54,940 nt of DNA from Chiloscyllium plagiosum (lineage: Eukaryota). Under the pieces are notes generated by a model, which did no database searches, was not told the origin of the DNA, and worked only from the letters and a program-made list of their open reading frames with translations. Shown in pieces: positions 10,794-22,698 of the stretch. Where the stretch lies: positions 10,640,301-10,695,240 of the forward strand of contig NC_057753.1 in the NCBI RefSeq assembly GCF_004010195.1, written 5' to 3'. Made by a program: the position numbers and the translations under genes. The stretch's first letter is position 1; each line of letters opens with the position of its first letter.

Positions 10794-12864
10794 TTTTCTG
10801 TGCCTGTAGATTGTGAAGGAGTAAAGGTGGCCTTTCGTAGAGTGATATGCTCTCCCTATCGGACATGGGAGATTAGGAGAGTATCCAGGTTACTGGTGAT
10901 TATGTCTGCAGTACGCGTGTTTGGTTGCAAATCCTAGCGGATTGCATGGATCGGTTCGAGCAACAGTTAGAGGCAGTGAGAAATTTGCAAGAACGTGGAG
11001 GTGTGATGGATGGCAGTTATAGGAAGGGAGAAAAGCCGAAGATACCGTCTGGGTTAACTCCAGGAAAGGTATAGGCAGGTAGTGCAGGAATCTTCTGTGG
11101 CTGTCCCCATTTCAAACAACAATGCTGTTTTGGAAAATGTAGGGGGTGATGGACACTCTGGGAATATAGCACGAACAGCCAAGTTTCTGTTCTCGAGACA
11201 GGCTGCCATGCAATAAGAGGTACGTCGGGTTCCAAGCGATCGATTGTGATAGGGGACTCTCTAGTCAGGGGCACAGACTGATGTTTCTGTGGATAACAGC
11301 AAAAAATCAAAATGGTGTGTTGCCACCCTGGTGCCAGGATCAAGGATATCTCAGAGAGGGTGCAGAATGTTCTCAAGGGGGAGAGGGACCAGCAGGAGGT
11401 CATTGGTTCCAATGCATACAACGACATAGGAAGGCAAAAGGATGAGATTCTGAGGGGAGAATATAGAAGGTTAGGCAGGAATTTAAAAAGGACACCCTCG
11501 AGGCTACTAATATCTGGATTACTCCCGGTGCCACGAGCTAGTGAGGGTAGGAATAGGAGGATATAGCAGATGAATGCGTGACTGAGGAGCTGGTTCACAT
11601 TTTTGGATCATGGGAATTTCTTCTGGGGTAGAAATGACCTGTACAAGAAGGATAGATTGCATCTGAATATTGGAAGGGAAATTTGCTGGAGCTGCTCGGG
11701 AGGATTTAAACTTGTGAAGTGTGGTAGGTGGGGAAATAATGAGGAAAGAGATCAATCTGAGACTGGTATAGTTGGGAAAGTGAGCGAGTCAAACAGTCAG
11801 GGCAGGAAGGAACAAAACAGAGAACAAGGTAGGACTGACCAATTAAACTGCATTTACTTGATTGCAAGAGGCCTAACAGGGAAGGCAGATGAACTCCGGG
11901 CATGATGAGGAAGAAGGAATGGGGTATCATAACAATTACAGAAATGTGGCTCAGGGATGGACAAGACATCCAGGAAGGCTATTTGGTTGGAACTGAGAAA
12001 TAAGGAAGGGATGATCACCTTATTGGGAATGTGTTTTAGATACCCTCATGGTCAGTGGGAAATTGAGAAACAAATTTGTAAGGAGATTTCAGTTACCTGT
12101 AAGAGTAATAGCATGGTTATTGTTGGGGATTTTAACTTTTCAAACGTAGACTGGGATTGCCATAGTGTCACGGGTTTAGACGGAGGGGAATTTGTTAAAA
12201 ACAGACCAAATTGGCAAGTTTTTCATGAAGAAGGTGGCGCGTGTACAAAGATGCCAGAGGAAGTAGTGGGTGCTGATATAATTATGACATTTAAAAGGCA
12301 TCTGGATGGGTATATGACCAAAGGGTCTGGTTCAGTGCTGTGTCTCTCTCTGATTCTGGCTTGCCACTAATGTTTGCCACGTCTCTATGTTCAGTTTCTT
12401 TCTGGTGTCGGTGTCAATACCTTGTTGTCTCATTCCGACCCCACCTCCCCCCGGATTGACAGTGATGACTTTTGTAATCTCTTTTTACAGATTATCTGAA
12501 AACAGAATTTTCAAAATCAACAGCTTACGCTCGACTCTCCTGCTCCTCGGATGCTGCCTGACCGGCTGTTCTTTACCAGCACTGCACTTTTTGACTCTGA
12601 CTCTCCAGTGTCTGCAGTCCTCATTTTCACATCAATGTTTGACAGTCACTCAATCCATCGGGACTGCAACGATTTTCGACTATGATGCTGTGAGAAGGAC
12701 GGGTTCCTGTTTCAGTACATTTTCAGCATCGGTGGGACTGGATGAGAGACCATACTGTTGTAGTGCACTGAGTGTGGAGCCTGGAACAGTTATACTGCCT
12801 GGAAAGAGGAATTCACGGCAAAGAGGGGTTGTACACGTGTTTGTGTGCGGCTGAAGCTTCAGCC

Positions 12865-13609
12865 ATGGAGAAACCCGAGGAATCCCGCCCCGTGGAAATG
12901 TGGTGACTGCGGTAAAAGCTTCCATTTCCCGTCTGACCTTGACATTCATCGGCGCACCCACACTGGGGAGAGGCCATTCACCTGCCCTGAGTGCGAGAAG
13001 GGCTTTGCCCAGGCCTCTGCCCTCGTAGCCCACCGCAGGGTCCACACTGGGGTGAGACCCTTCCTCTGCCCTGAATGCGGGAAGACTTTTAGCAAATCCT
13101 CCAACCTGCTGGCCCACCGGCGCATCCACACGGGGGAGAGGCCCTTCAGCTGCCCCAAGTGTGGGAAGGCCTTCGGCAATTCCTCCGTCCTGCTGAAGCA
13201 CCAGCGAGTCCACACCAGGGAGAGGCCATTCTCCTGCTCCGAGTGCGGGAAGAACTTTAACCACTCCTCCCACCTGCTGACTAACCGGCGGGTCCACACA
13301 GGGGAGAGGTCCTTCAACTGCCCCGAGTGTGGGAAGGCCTTTGGCGATTCCTCTGCCCTGCTGATGCACCAACAGGTCCACACCAGCGAGAGGCCGTTCT
13401 CCTGCCCTTGGTGTGGGAAGGGCTTTAAACGTTCCTCTGAACTGCTGGCCCACTGGCGGGTCAACACAGGGGAGAGGCCATTTGCCTGCCCCGAGTGCGG
13501 GCGGAGATTCGCATTGTCCGGTAACTTGCAGAGACACCAGAGGGGGCACCAGTGTTCTCAACAATCTGATTCCGACAGTGATGCTGCTGTGGGTCAACCC
13601 CAGGACTGA
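12865..13609 (+). pseudogene. ZNF type B copy B1, probable pseudogene (8 fingers)
   Basis: Homologous ATG at 12865 (gccATGg) reads MEKPEESRPVEMW* because of a 10 bp deletion relative to B2; fingers 5 and 7 have His-to-Asn changes; acceptor ttttacag at 12490. Confidence 0.8.
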
Positions 13610-13725
13610 ACCTCCTGACTGTTCTGACAATGGGTGCAGTGGGAGAGTCTGTGGGTTTCTTTGTTTTCTGCTAGACTGCACCCACACACCCCTCCCATTC
13701 CTCCCCCAACCCCAGGTTGGCTCAC

Positions 13726-14065
13726 GGGCGGCACAGTGGCTCAGTGATTAGTGCCACTGCCTCACATGGCCAGGGACCGGGGTACGATTCCACCCACCAC
13801 GTGACTGTGGGGAGTTTGCCCATCCGTCCCCTCCATGTCTGCAAGGGTTTCCTCCGGGTGCTCCAGTTTCCTCCCACAATCCAAAGATGTGCAAGTGAAT
13901 GAGCCAAGCTAAGTTATCCCAGCGTGTTCAGGAATATGTAGATGTGGTGCATTGTTTAGGGGGAAATGTAGAGTAATTGGGTAGGAGAATGGGTCTGTGT
14001 GTGTTATTCTTCAGAGGGTCATCGTGGATTTGTTGAGCCAAAGGGCCTGTTTCCACACTAGGGAA
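13726..14065 (+). mobile_element. HE1-type SINE
   Basis: ggcggcacagtggctcagtg head, V-domain core, ggcctgtttccacac tail; inverted paralogue at ~35945-36290. Confidence 0.8.
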
Positions 14066-14194
14066 TATGGGATTTTGTGAGCTTTGCTTCCAGTGGGCAC
14101 TGCTGCTCATTGAACCCTAGACTGCACATCCCCACTGAAATGATCCGCACAAACCTAAGATGACATCCAAAACAGAGTTAGCCATGAGTAAAAC

Positions 14195-14875
14195 CTCCAC
14201 TCATCTCCATCCAAGGCACCAAAGGATCCTTCCACATCTAACATAAATTTACCTGTACCTCCACCAGCGTCACCTACTGTATCAATTGCATCCAATGTGG
14301 TCTTCTCTACGTTGAGGAGACAGGATGCCAACTTGTGGATCATTTCAGAGAACCTCTCTGGGACACCCACACCCACAAACCCCACCGCCCCGTGGCTGAA
14401 CACTCCAACTCCCCCTCCCATTCCGTGAAGGACATGCAGGTCCTGGGCCGTCTCCATTGCCAAACCCTTACCACCTGATGCCTGGAGGACGAACATCTCA
14501 TTTTCCACCTTGAGACCCTGTAACCACGCGGGATCAATGTGGATTTCAACAGTTTCCTCATTTATCCTCCCCCCACCACCCACCATTATCTCAGTCCCAA
14601 GCCTCCAACTTGGCACCGCCCTCCTGACCTGGCCATCACCTTTCCCATCTATCCTCTCCACCCTCCTCTCCGACCTATCACCTTTATCTACCTGTTGCAT
14701 TCTCAGCTACCTTCCCCCCACTCCCCCACCCCTACACCTCCTTCCATTTATCTCTCACCCCTCCCAGCCCACAAGCCTCATTGCTGATGAAGGGCTTATG
14801 CCTGAAACGTCGATTCTTCTGCTCCCTGGATGCTGCCTGACCTGTTGTGCTTTTCTAGCACCACAGTCTCAACTC
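14195..14875 (+). mobile_element. PLE GIY-YIG endonuclease end plus pLTR
   Basis: FTCTSTSVTYCINCIQCGLLYVEETG (GIY-YIG of PLEs) followed by the family 1 terminus. Confidence 0.8.
14781..14814 (+). ncRNA. Minimal hammerhead motif (family 1) at the end of a PLE coding fragment
   Basis: CTGATGA-a-GGGC-ttat-GCCT-GAAAC-GTC; stem II closes with a G.U pair and stem I is weak. Confidence 0.6.
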
Positions 14876-15674
14876 TGTCTACCTATGTTGTCAGAAATAT
14901 AGGACCTACTCCAAACTGATCCACAGTCCAGCTGATGGGACAAGAAACCACTTCCTTTCTCAAGACAAGTCTCCTGGAGTGAACTTGCTGACTGTCTGAT
15001 ATACTGAACTTTACAGTGCCCCACTGCCCTCAGTTATCTGGAGGGGATCCACAAACATGCGCCTGAGATGGTGCTCGTAATGTTTGTCATCTCTTTGGGA
15101 TTGATTCCCATTCATTCGATGTTATGGAGTCATACAGCCTGGAAACAGACCCTTTGGTCAACCAGTCCATGATCTCCAACTAAAGAAGTTCCACCTGCCT
15201 GCTCCTGGCCCTTATCTGATAGTCATAGTCATAGAGATGCACAGGACGGAAACAGACCAATGGTCCAACTCATCCATGCTGACCAGATATCCTTACCTAA
15301 TCCTCCTGAAGGATGCAGGATTAAGAGTTCTCTTTGGGAAGAGACCTTAACAAACTGTAGTAATAGACTCACCAAAGTATGGAATCAGGAAAAAAGCATC
15401 TTATTTTCATCTTATACTTTGGAGACATGGTCATTAGATTTAGCCAGTCTACAATAATATATAAAAAGAAGAGGATCATAACACAAGGCAATGGAAAAAT
15501 GGATAAGGAATGGAAGGGGTGGGGAAAACTAGTTAAAATGCAGTGAAATGGGGGGATTTCATACAAACTTAATTTAGAGGTATGCGTGAAAATATACCTG
15601 CAGTACTGAACACGACAGTAAAATGTGCCTTTCATAAAGGAGCATGTGCAAGAAATCCAACCGAGATACATAAA

Positions 15675-15945
15675 ATCCCTACAGTGCAGAAAGAGGCCAT
15701 TTGTCCTATTGAGCCTACATGGACCCACCAAAGAACACCCCATCCTCCTGTATTTACCATGGCTAATCCACCTAACCTACACATCAGAGCAATTTAGAAT
15801 GGTCAGTCCACCTAACCTGCACATCTTTGGACTGTGGAAGGAAACCCATGCAGACAGGGAGAACATGCAGACTTCACCTGCTGCTGGAATTGAACCTGGG
15901 TTCCTAGTGCTGTGAGGTAACAATGCCAAGCACCGTGCCACCCCA
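15675..15945 (-). mobile_element. HE1-type SINE
   Basis: Core and head on the minus strand; inverted paralogue at ~32652-32905. Confidence 0.7.
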
Positions 15946-16999
15946 GTATGATACAAAATTTGAACAAATGCACTAAGTTGAAAATTTGTCCATGTCAAGA
16001 ACTTACTGCAAATGATTCGAAGGAAGAATCCATATGGATTGTGTTTTGGAAGAGATCTAAAACTTAATTTGTTAATGACTTCGACTTTTGGAATGGTCTG
16101 CAACAGTGTGTGTAGTGCTCAGAATCAATGATGGCATTCAAAAGAGAGTTGGATCATTAAACAGGAAAGTAATCACAGAGTTCAGTGAAGAATCGTATTG
16201 TGGTGATTATAATTAGGTCAGTTAGGTGAGTTCCACTTATTGGGGGTGTTCACCTGCTCTTATTAACATTTCACGACAATAACTTAGATTCCCAATATCT
16301 GCAGGGTGCTTTCTCTGTTCTCATATCTACGTGAGTGACTCAGTGTCAAATTTTGTTTATGAATTGCTCCCCTGACATCTCATGAGAGGGTTTATGATAT
16401 TAACACTGCCATATAAATAGTTGTTGGTCACAAAATGCCCAAGTGAGAAAGAACAAACTGACCATCCTCATTATTCATTTTTAAACCATGGAAATAAAAT
16501 TAATGTTTGGAAAACACACAAGTTATCATGTATTAAGATGATCAGAAATAGGAATGGGAGTAGGCAATTGACTGTTGAGATGCTCTGTCTTTCATCACCA
16601 TCCGTGGCTGAACATTTATCTGAATTCTCTTTCTGCACGGTTTTTTTAACCATGACTTCACCTGATGAAGGGGCTATGCTCCAAGTGCTTGCGATTTCAA
16701 ATAAACCTGTTGGACTATAATTTGATGTTGTGTGACTTATGACTAAAAGAATTGATTGAGGATGTTATTACACATCATTGGAGCAGTGGGATTTGAACCT
16801 GGGCCTCAGAGGTAGGGACGTTACCACTGCGCCATAAAAAAAGCCTCTGTGGTAAATAGGTCCTCTTCTGCTGAATGAATTGAAATACCTTTCTCCTCAA
16901 CATGGGACACAACCACTGTTCCCTTTGAGCCCATTATAGTAAATTGAGCCTTCTCGTGTAGAATGAGTGAGAACATTTCCCTCCTGAACATGGAACACG

Positions 17000-17640
17000 C
17001 CTGCGAACCTCTCCACCAATCCCAAAGCCTGCGGTCAGTGCGGACTAATCGGAGAGTGATATACCGTGTTGTTGGTTCACCTACCGACCGCAAAGTCGGT
17101 CGCCATTGGTCGGGTGGAGTAAGGTGCGTTCTGATTGGAGGGGGTGCGGATGACGCGCGTCACTGGAGGAGGAGACGGAAGGAAGAAGAAATACAAAGAT
17201 GGCGGCGCGAGGCTGCGGTTTTCTCATCGACTCAGCGGGCAGTTTCTGACAGAGGGAGGGGGGCAGACAGGCACCGTTTACCTCAGAAAATACCTTTAAA
17301 ATACATTTCAAATTAAAGTCGGAACTTTTCAAGCAAAAGTTGTGAAGAAAAGGAGACAGTCCCCGGTGGGGTTTATTATTTATTTGTGTATAATTCCCGG
17401 GCCCGGGAAGGGGGAGGTGACGGTTACCGGGTGAACGAGAAAACAAATTAAAAATGTCGGCGGTGGAGGAGAGAGAGCCGGCGCCCGCGGCTTCTTCGAC
17501 GGCGGAAGATGGAGGAGCGGCGGCCGGAGCCCAGGAGCTCAACAACCCCCTGGAGCTGGAGGAAGGTCCAAGAAGCCGGTCCTGGTGTTGGATCCGGACG
17601 GGATGTCCAACTGCATTCAACAGTATATTTGGTGGGTGAA
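17000..17640 (+). promoter_or_regulatory. CpG-island promoter/first exon P2, copy 1
   Basis: CpG-rich; CCAAT boxes (17016, and ATTGG at 17105 and 17134); palindrome TGACGCGCGTCA 17151-17162; YY1-type AAGATGGCGGC 17196-17206; short ORF MSAVEERE from 17454. Confidence 0.75.
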
Positions 17641-17811
17641 AGAGGCCATTCACGGGTATTTTAATCTGAGTCTGATCCCTGAACCTTTACGACCTTTCCT
17701 GTAACCCTTTTTAATCATAATCCTTGTAACTTGTTCACAACCATCCTATTCATCCAAAATATAAATTATAATTCATGTTCTAGCTGGATTTGCAAAAAAA
17801 AGGCAGGTGTC

Positions 17812-19565
17812 TATTGGGGCATTTTAAAGATGCTCCCTCATTACATTTTGCGAGACAATCTGGGGCCAGATGAACTATATGAAGAATCTTTAACTGCATA
17901 ACATGGGTCTCATTACAGATCGAAATCTTCCTCGCATTGTCACATATATCCTTCCATGTTTCCGAAGTGATCTCAACTCCTAACTCTCTAACCCAGGTCT
18001 CACGTGGCCGCTCGATGTCACCCAAGAAACCTCTGCCAACAGATGATAAAGAGTAGTCACAGAGAGTGTGTTCCTAGTGTGTTCCTCTTCTCTGTATCAG
18101 ATCTGTAACAGTCAAAAGCATAGTCTCTTTTCAAATAAAATGTCTGATCTGAATAAAACTAAAGAGGTCCCTACTAGATAATCCATACTTATCGAATTAT
18201 TTGATCAAAGGACATCATCATTTCACCCTCAAACAAATTATCCAAACAAGAAACTCCACTATCTGTCCAAAGTTTAAACCCGGGGTCCATTATCCCGGGC
18301 CGGAAACCCGGCATGCCAACTATGGGAGTAAGAAAACAAGTTTTACACATATTATCCCCCCATCTGCCTAATTGCCCTCCAACCCTAGACAGTATTAGTA
18401 ACTATTGGATTATGACAATGTTCCGTAACTTTTAAAAACACCAGGTTGATATGATTTGGAGATGCAGGTGTTGGACTGGGGTGTACAAAGTTAAAAATCA
18501 CCTGATGAAGGAGTGGTGCTCCGAAAGCTAGTGTGCTTCCAATTAAACCTGTTGAACTATAACCTGGTGTTGTGTGATTTTTTTTAACAGGTTGATAAGA
18601 GGACATTTTGCCTGAGAGGCCTCAATGTCCAACATATTGACACAAGTCCTCACATGCCCAATCACTTACAAAAGATAGAAAGGAGCTGAATTGATATCTT
18701 CTGATATCTGGGAGGTCCACTACCAATCCCTGGGTCAGTTGCAGTTTTACAAACTAATGAGGGCCCCCCTGTGGCACCAAATAGAAGAACTAAACCAATC
18801 ATTCAATTTACGAAACATTTACCTAGGAAAAAGGAAAGGGAGCATCCGCAGGGGTTATAATAAGAGAGGAAGAACATTCATTTTGATAACAGCCACTTGA
18901 CCTAACCATGATCTCGAAAGGGCCTCCCCATCTTTGAAGATCTTGTTTAATCTTGTCAAACAAGTGGATAAAATTAGCCTTAAATAACTGATCAAAGATG
19001 AGGGTAACAGAAAGGACTAAGTAAGGGAAACCTCTCTGCGCCCACTGAAAGGGAAACCCACCCTTAACGTAAGATATTCCCCTAAGATACCCCATCGGTA
19101 AAGCTTCAGAGTTTGAAAAATTAATCTTGTAACCTGAGAAAGAGCCAATGACTGTATTGAAAGCGGCACTGAAACTGTCAGGTTCAAGAGAAAAAGAGAG
19201 TATCATCCACATATAATGTGATCTTATGAACCTTTGACCCCATCTCTGGGCCAACTATATTGGGGTCACTCCATATAGCCTCCGCCAGTGGCTCAATCAC
19301 CATTGTGAAAAGATAAAAGGCCACAGCCTTGCTGACTGCCCCTGCCATGTTAACGTGACTTTAAACCATTGGTTAGAACCGCTACTCGAGGATCACTATA
19401 AAGGACCCTTACCGATCTAGTAAACACTTCACCCAGACTAAACTGCTCCAGGGCATAAAAAAGATATGGCACTCCACCTGGTCAAATGCCATCTCAAAAT
19501 CCAAGGAAATCACCAACCCTTGAATCAATTGCTGCTGACACATTTGAATCATATTAAGCAACCTC
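17812..19565 (-). mobile_element. L1-clade LINE ORF2 fragment (RT to C-terminal Cys region), degraded
   Basis: ISLDFEMAFDQVE (from SLDAEKAFDRVE), FSGYKINFSNSEALP, WVRELGVEIT...QLKILH...KCP. Confidence 0.8.
18499..18533 (+). ncRNA. Minimal type I hammerhead ribozyme motif (PLE family 2), intact core
   Basis: CAC-CTGATGA-a-GGAG-tggtg-CTCC-GAAA-G-CTA-GTG: stem I CAC/GUG, stem II GGAG/CUCC, palindromic AGCU stem III; lies in a PLE insert at ~18450-18590. Confidence 0.75.
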
Positions 19566-19829
19566 CTGGGTTGGATTGACCATGTTAAATTACCCATAGT
19601 GTCCAAGGATGTGCAGGTTAGGGTGGATTGGCCATGGCAGGGGGTGGGTGTGGGTGTGGGTGGGATGTTCTTTGGAGGATCGATCTGGACTCGATGGGCC
19701 AAATGGTCTGCCCCCACACTGTAGGGACTCTATGACACCCCCAAAGGTGCACTTTATCTGCATCCACCCTGTCAAGCCCCTTTCAGAATTCTACTGATTT
19801 CAAGAAGATCACTTCTGGTTCTTTGTGTC

Positions 19830-21046
19830 AGAGTCATACAGCACGGAAACAGACCCTTCGGTCCAACTGATCCATGGTGACCAGGATTCTCAAACTAAAT
19901 TTGCTTGCATTTGGCCCATATCTGTCTAAACCTTTCCATCCATGTACCCATCTAAACATCTTTTCAATGTTGTAACTGTACTTGTGTCTACCACTTCTGC
20001 TGGAAGTTCATTCACTCATAAACCACCCTCTGTGTCAAAACGTTGCCCCTCAGGTCCCTTTTCAATCTCTCTCCTCTCACCTTAAAAGATATGTCCTCTA
20101 GTCTTGAACCCCTCCCACCCCATGCTAAGCAAGAGACCTTGGCTATTCACCTTACCTACATCCCTCATGATTTTATAAATCTCTATAACATCACCCCTCA
20201 ACTTCCTATACTCCAGTGAAAAAGTTCCAGCCTCTCCTTATAACTGAAACTCTCCAGTCCTGGCAACATACTGGTAAATCTTTTCCAAACCCTCTGTAAT
20301 AGTATTCTTCCTATAACGGGGCGACTAGAACTGTACTCAGTACTCTAAAGGTGGCCTTATCAACATCCTGTACATCTTCAACATGACATCACAACTCCTA
20401 TACTCAGTGATGTGAACGATGAAGGGAAGTGTGCTAAACGCCTTCTTAATCACCCTATCTACCAGTGATGTAACTTTCAAAGTACCTGAGCTCTTCTGTT
20501 TCCGCCCCCCCCCAGTCTCTCTGTTCTACAACAAGACCCAGGGCCCTATAATTAACTGTACAAGTCTTACCCTTTTTTTTAAACCAAAATGCAATCCATT
20601 GCTTTTATCCATACCCCTCTCATCCACATGCTCTCTCTCTCATACACACACGCTTACACCCCCCCCTCCCCATTCACACACTCTCACAGGATTGTACTCC
20701 ATCACACTCGCACTTTATCAAGCATGTCCATACGCAAACACGCACAAACCCAAATTGCACATACGTAAGTCTGTGGTGAATTTGCATTTAGAGTCGGAGT
20801 CATAGAGAGGTCCAGCACGGAAACACACCCTTTGGTCCAACTCGTCCATGCGGACCAGATATCCTAACCTAATATAGTCCCATTTGCCAGCATTTGGTCC
20901 ATATCCCTCTCAACCTTTCCTATTCATCCAGATGTCTTTCAAATGCTGTACTTGTACCAGCCTTCACCACTTCCTCTGGCAACTCATTCCATACATCCTC
21001 TGTGTGAAACAGTTGCCCCTTAAGTCCCTTTTATATCTTTCCCCTC
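19830..21046 (-). mobile_element. CR1 3' fragments
   Basis: gagtcatacagcacggaaacagacccttcggtccaac tails and CR1 body on the minus strand. Confidence 0.7.
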
Positions 21047-21372
21047 GAATCCTGCCGCGGCAGATGGTAGAATCGGAATTCAGTCAGAAATCTGGAGTTC
21101 AGAATTTAACAATGAAACCATTTTCAGGTGGAAAGAACCCCACCTGATTTACTGATGTCCTGTTTAGGGAAGGAAACTACCGTTGTGGGAAAGGATTCAC
21201 TCAGTCGTCCCAGCTGCATCCTTTATCCACTCCGGCCTACACATAACTCCAGACCCACAGCAATACAGTCGGCTCTTGACTTGCTCACCATCCCCACACC
21301 CAGCAAATGAGCGCAGAGAAACTTACTTGGATACAACAACTGGGTTGAAATTGCTAAGTAAGGCAACATTTG

Positions 21373-21665
21373 GTGGGCAGCACGGTGGTTAGCACTACTG
21401 CCTCACCGTGCCAGAGACCCAGGTTCAATTCCCGCCTCAGGCGACTGACTGTGTGGAGTTAGCACATTCTCCCCATGTCTGCGTGGGTTTCCTCCAGGTG
21501 CTCCGGTTTCCGCCCACAGTCCAAAAATGTGCATGTTAGGTGAATTGGCCATGTTAAATTGCCCGTAGTGTTAGGTGCAGGGGAATGGGTCTGGTGGGTT
21601 GCTCTTCGGAGGGTCAGTGTGGACTTGTTGGGCCGAAGGGCCTGTTTCCACACTGTGTAATCTAA
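21373..21665 (+). mobile_element. HE1-type SINE
   Basis: tRNA-like head with ggttcaattccc, V-SINE core, aatct tail. Confidence 0.85.
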
Positions 21666-22471
21666 TAAATTTCCTACGGGTTAAGGCTGTACCAAGGATC
21701 CAATAACAAAGGGACAACTCAGCTGATCAATAGTTAAAGAAAGGGAGGGGGGGAGCACGGGGTGGTGAGTGCGTGTGCTTTGACTTTGAGCTGTTTTTAA
21801 AATAAAGCTACTTCTTGTACGCCATTTTGCTGGGGAGATCTGAAGCTGTAACAAAGCTGGGTCACAATAAAGGTTACCTGAACTTACGACTGGACTCATA
21901 CCCTCATTGAAAGTTTTGAGATCCAACAGGTTTTGTTTTAAAGCTGCTCATTTCTTTCAGCCTCCTGCACTAGATTTCCAATATCGTGAATCAGAAGGAG
22001 CAGCGAATGAGCAATTAATATTGTTAGAAATTGTAAATCTTTCATCTCTTCAGGTTCATTGTTTCATCGACATTGTAAAGTTTACTGGCAGCAGTGGGAG
22101 GTGTGGGCCGTATTCACTAGAAACAAAGTTAAAAACCATATAGTTGCACATTATAGTCCAACAAGTTTATTTGGAAGCGCTGCTCCTTCATCAGGTTGTT
22201 GTGGAACAGGATCATAAGACACAGAATTTATAGCAAAACATTACACTGTCATGAAACCGATACGATATATTGAATTACGATATATCCTAGATTGCTGTTA
22301 AGTTTTTCATCTTTTAGAATGGGTTGCAAATTTTGCTCCATTAATGTGTAAATCCCAGAACTTACTTCAAGTCAAATTCTCGAGTTAACTTAAGGTTTTA
22401 TAAAAAGAGGTAACATCCCAGCACAGACAATACTTGAAAGGTCTGTCTGTATCTCAATCGTGAGTCAGACT

Positions 22472-22698
22472 TAAGGAGTGTGGTGCTGGAAAAGCACAGC
22501 AGGTCAGGCAGCATCCAAGAAGCAGGGGAATTGACGTTTTGGGCATAAGCCCTTCATCAGGAATGAGGTTTCCTGATGAAGAGCTTATGCCTGAACATTG
22601 ATTCTCCTACTCCTCGGATGCTGCCTGAACTGTTACGCTTTACCAGCACCACACTCTTCAACTTTGCAGATGCTGGAGATCAGTTCTCACATTCTCCT
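22472..22698. mobile_element. Palindromic PLE pLTR insertion with 11 bp TSD
   Basis: TSD tgagtcagact at 22461-22471 and 22699-22709; two degenerate hammerhead cores head-to-head; empty site at ~5027. Confidence 0.8.

Larger units (their letters stand above)
10020..12200 (+). mobile_element. CR1 LINE 5' portion: 5' UTR, ORF1 (zinc finger/coiled coil plus SGNH esterase) and start of ORF2 APE endonuclease, degraded
   Basis: VIGDSLVRGTD and MVCCHPGARIKDISERVQ (ORF1 esterase); GLTGKADELRA and IVGDFNFSNVDW (endonuclease); inverted paralogue at ~37990-40920; another 5' UTR copy at ~46775-47260. Confidence 0.8.

Noticed and set aside
17454..17639. Resemblance of the Ala-rich N-terminus plus LELE to TRIM28/TIF1 (ALELLEHCGVC)
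   Set aside because: No RING Cys/His pattern follows in any frame of either copy; low-complexity similarity only
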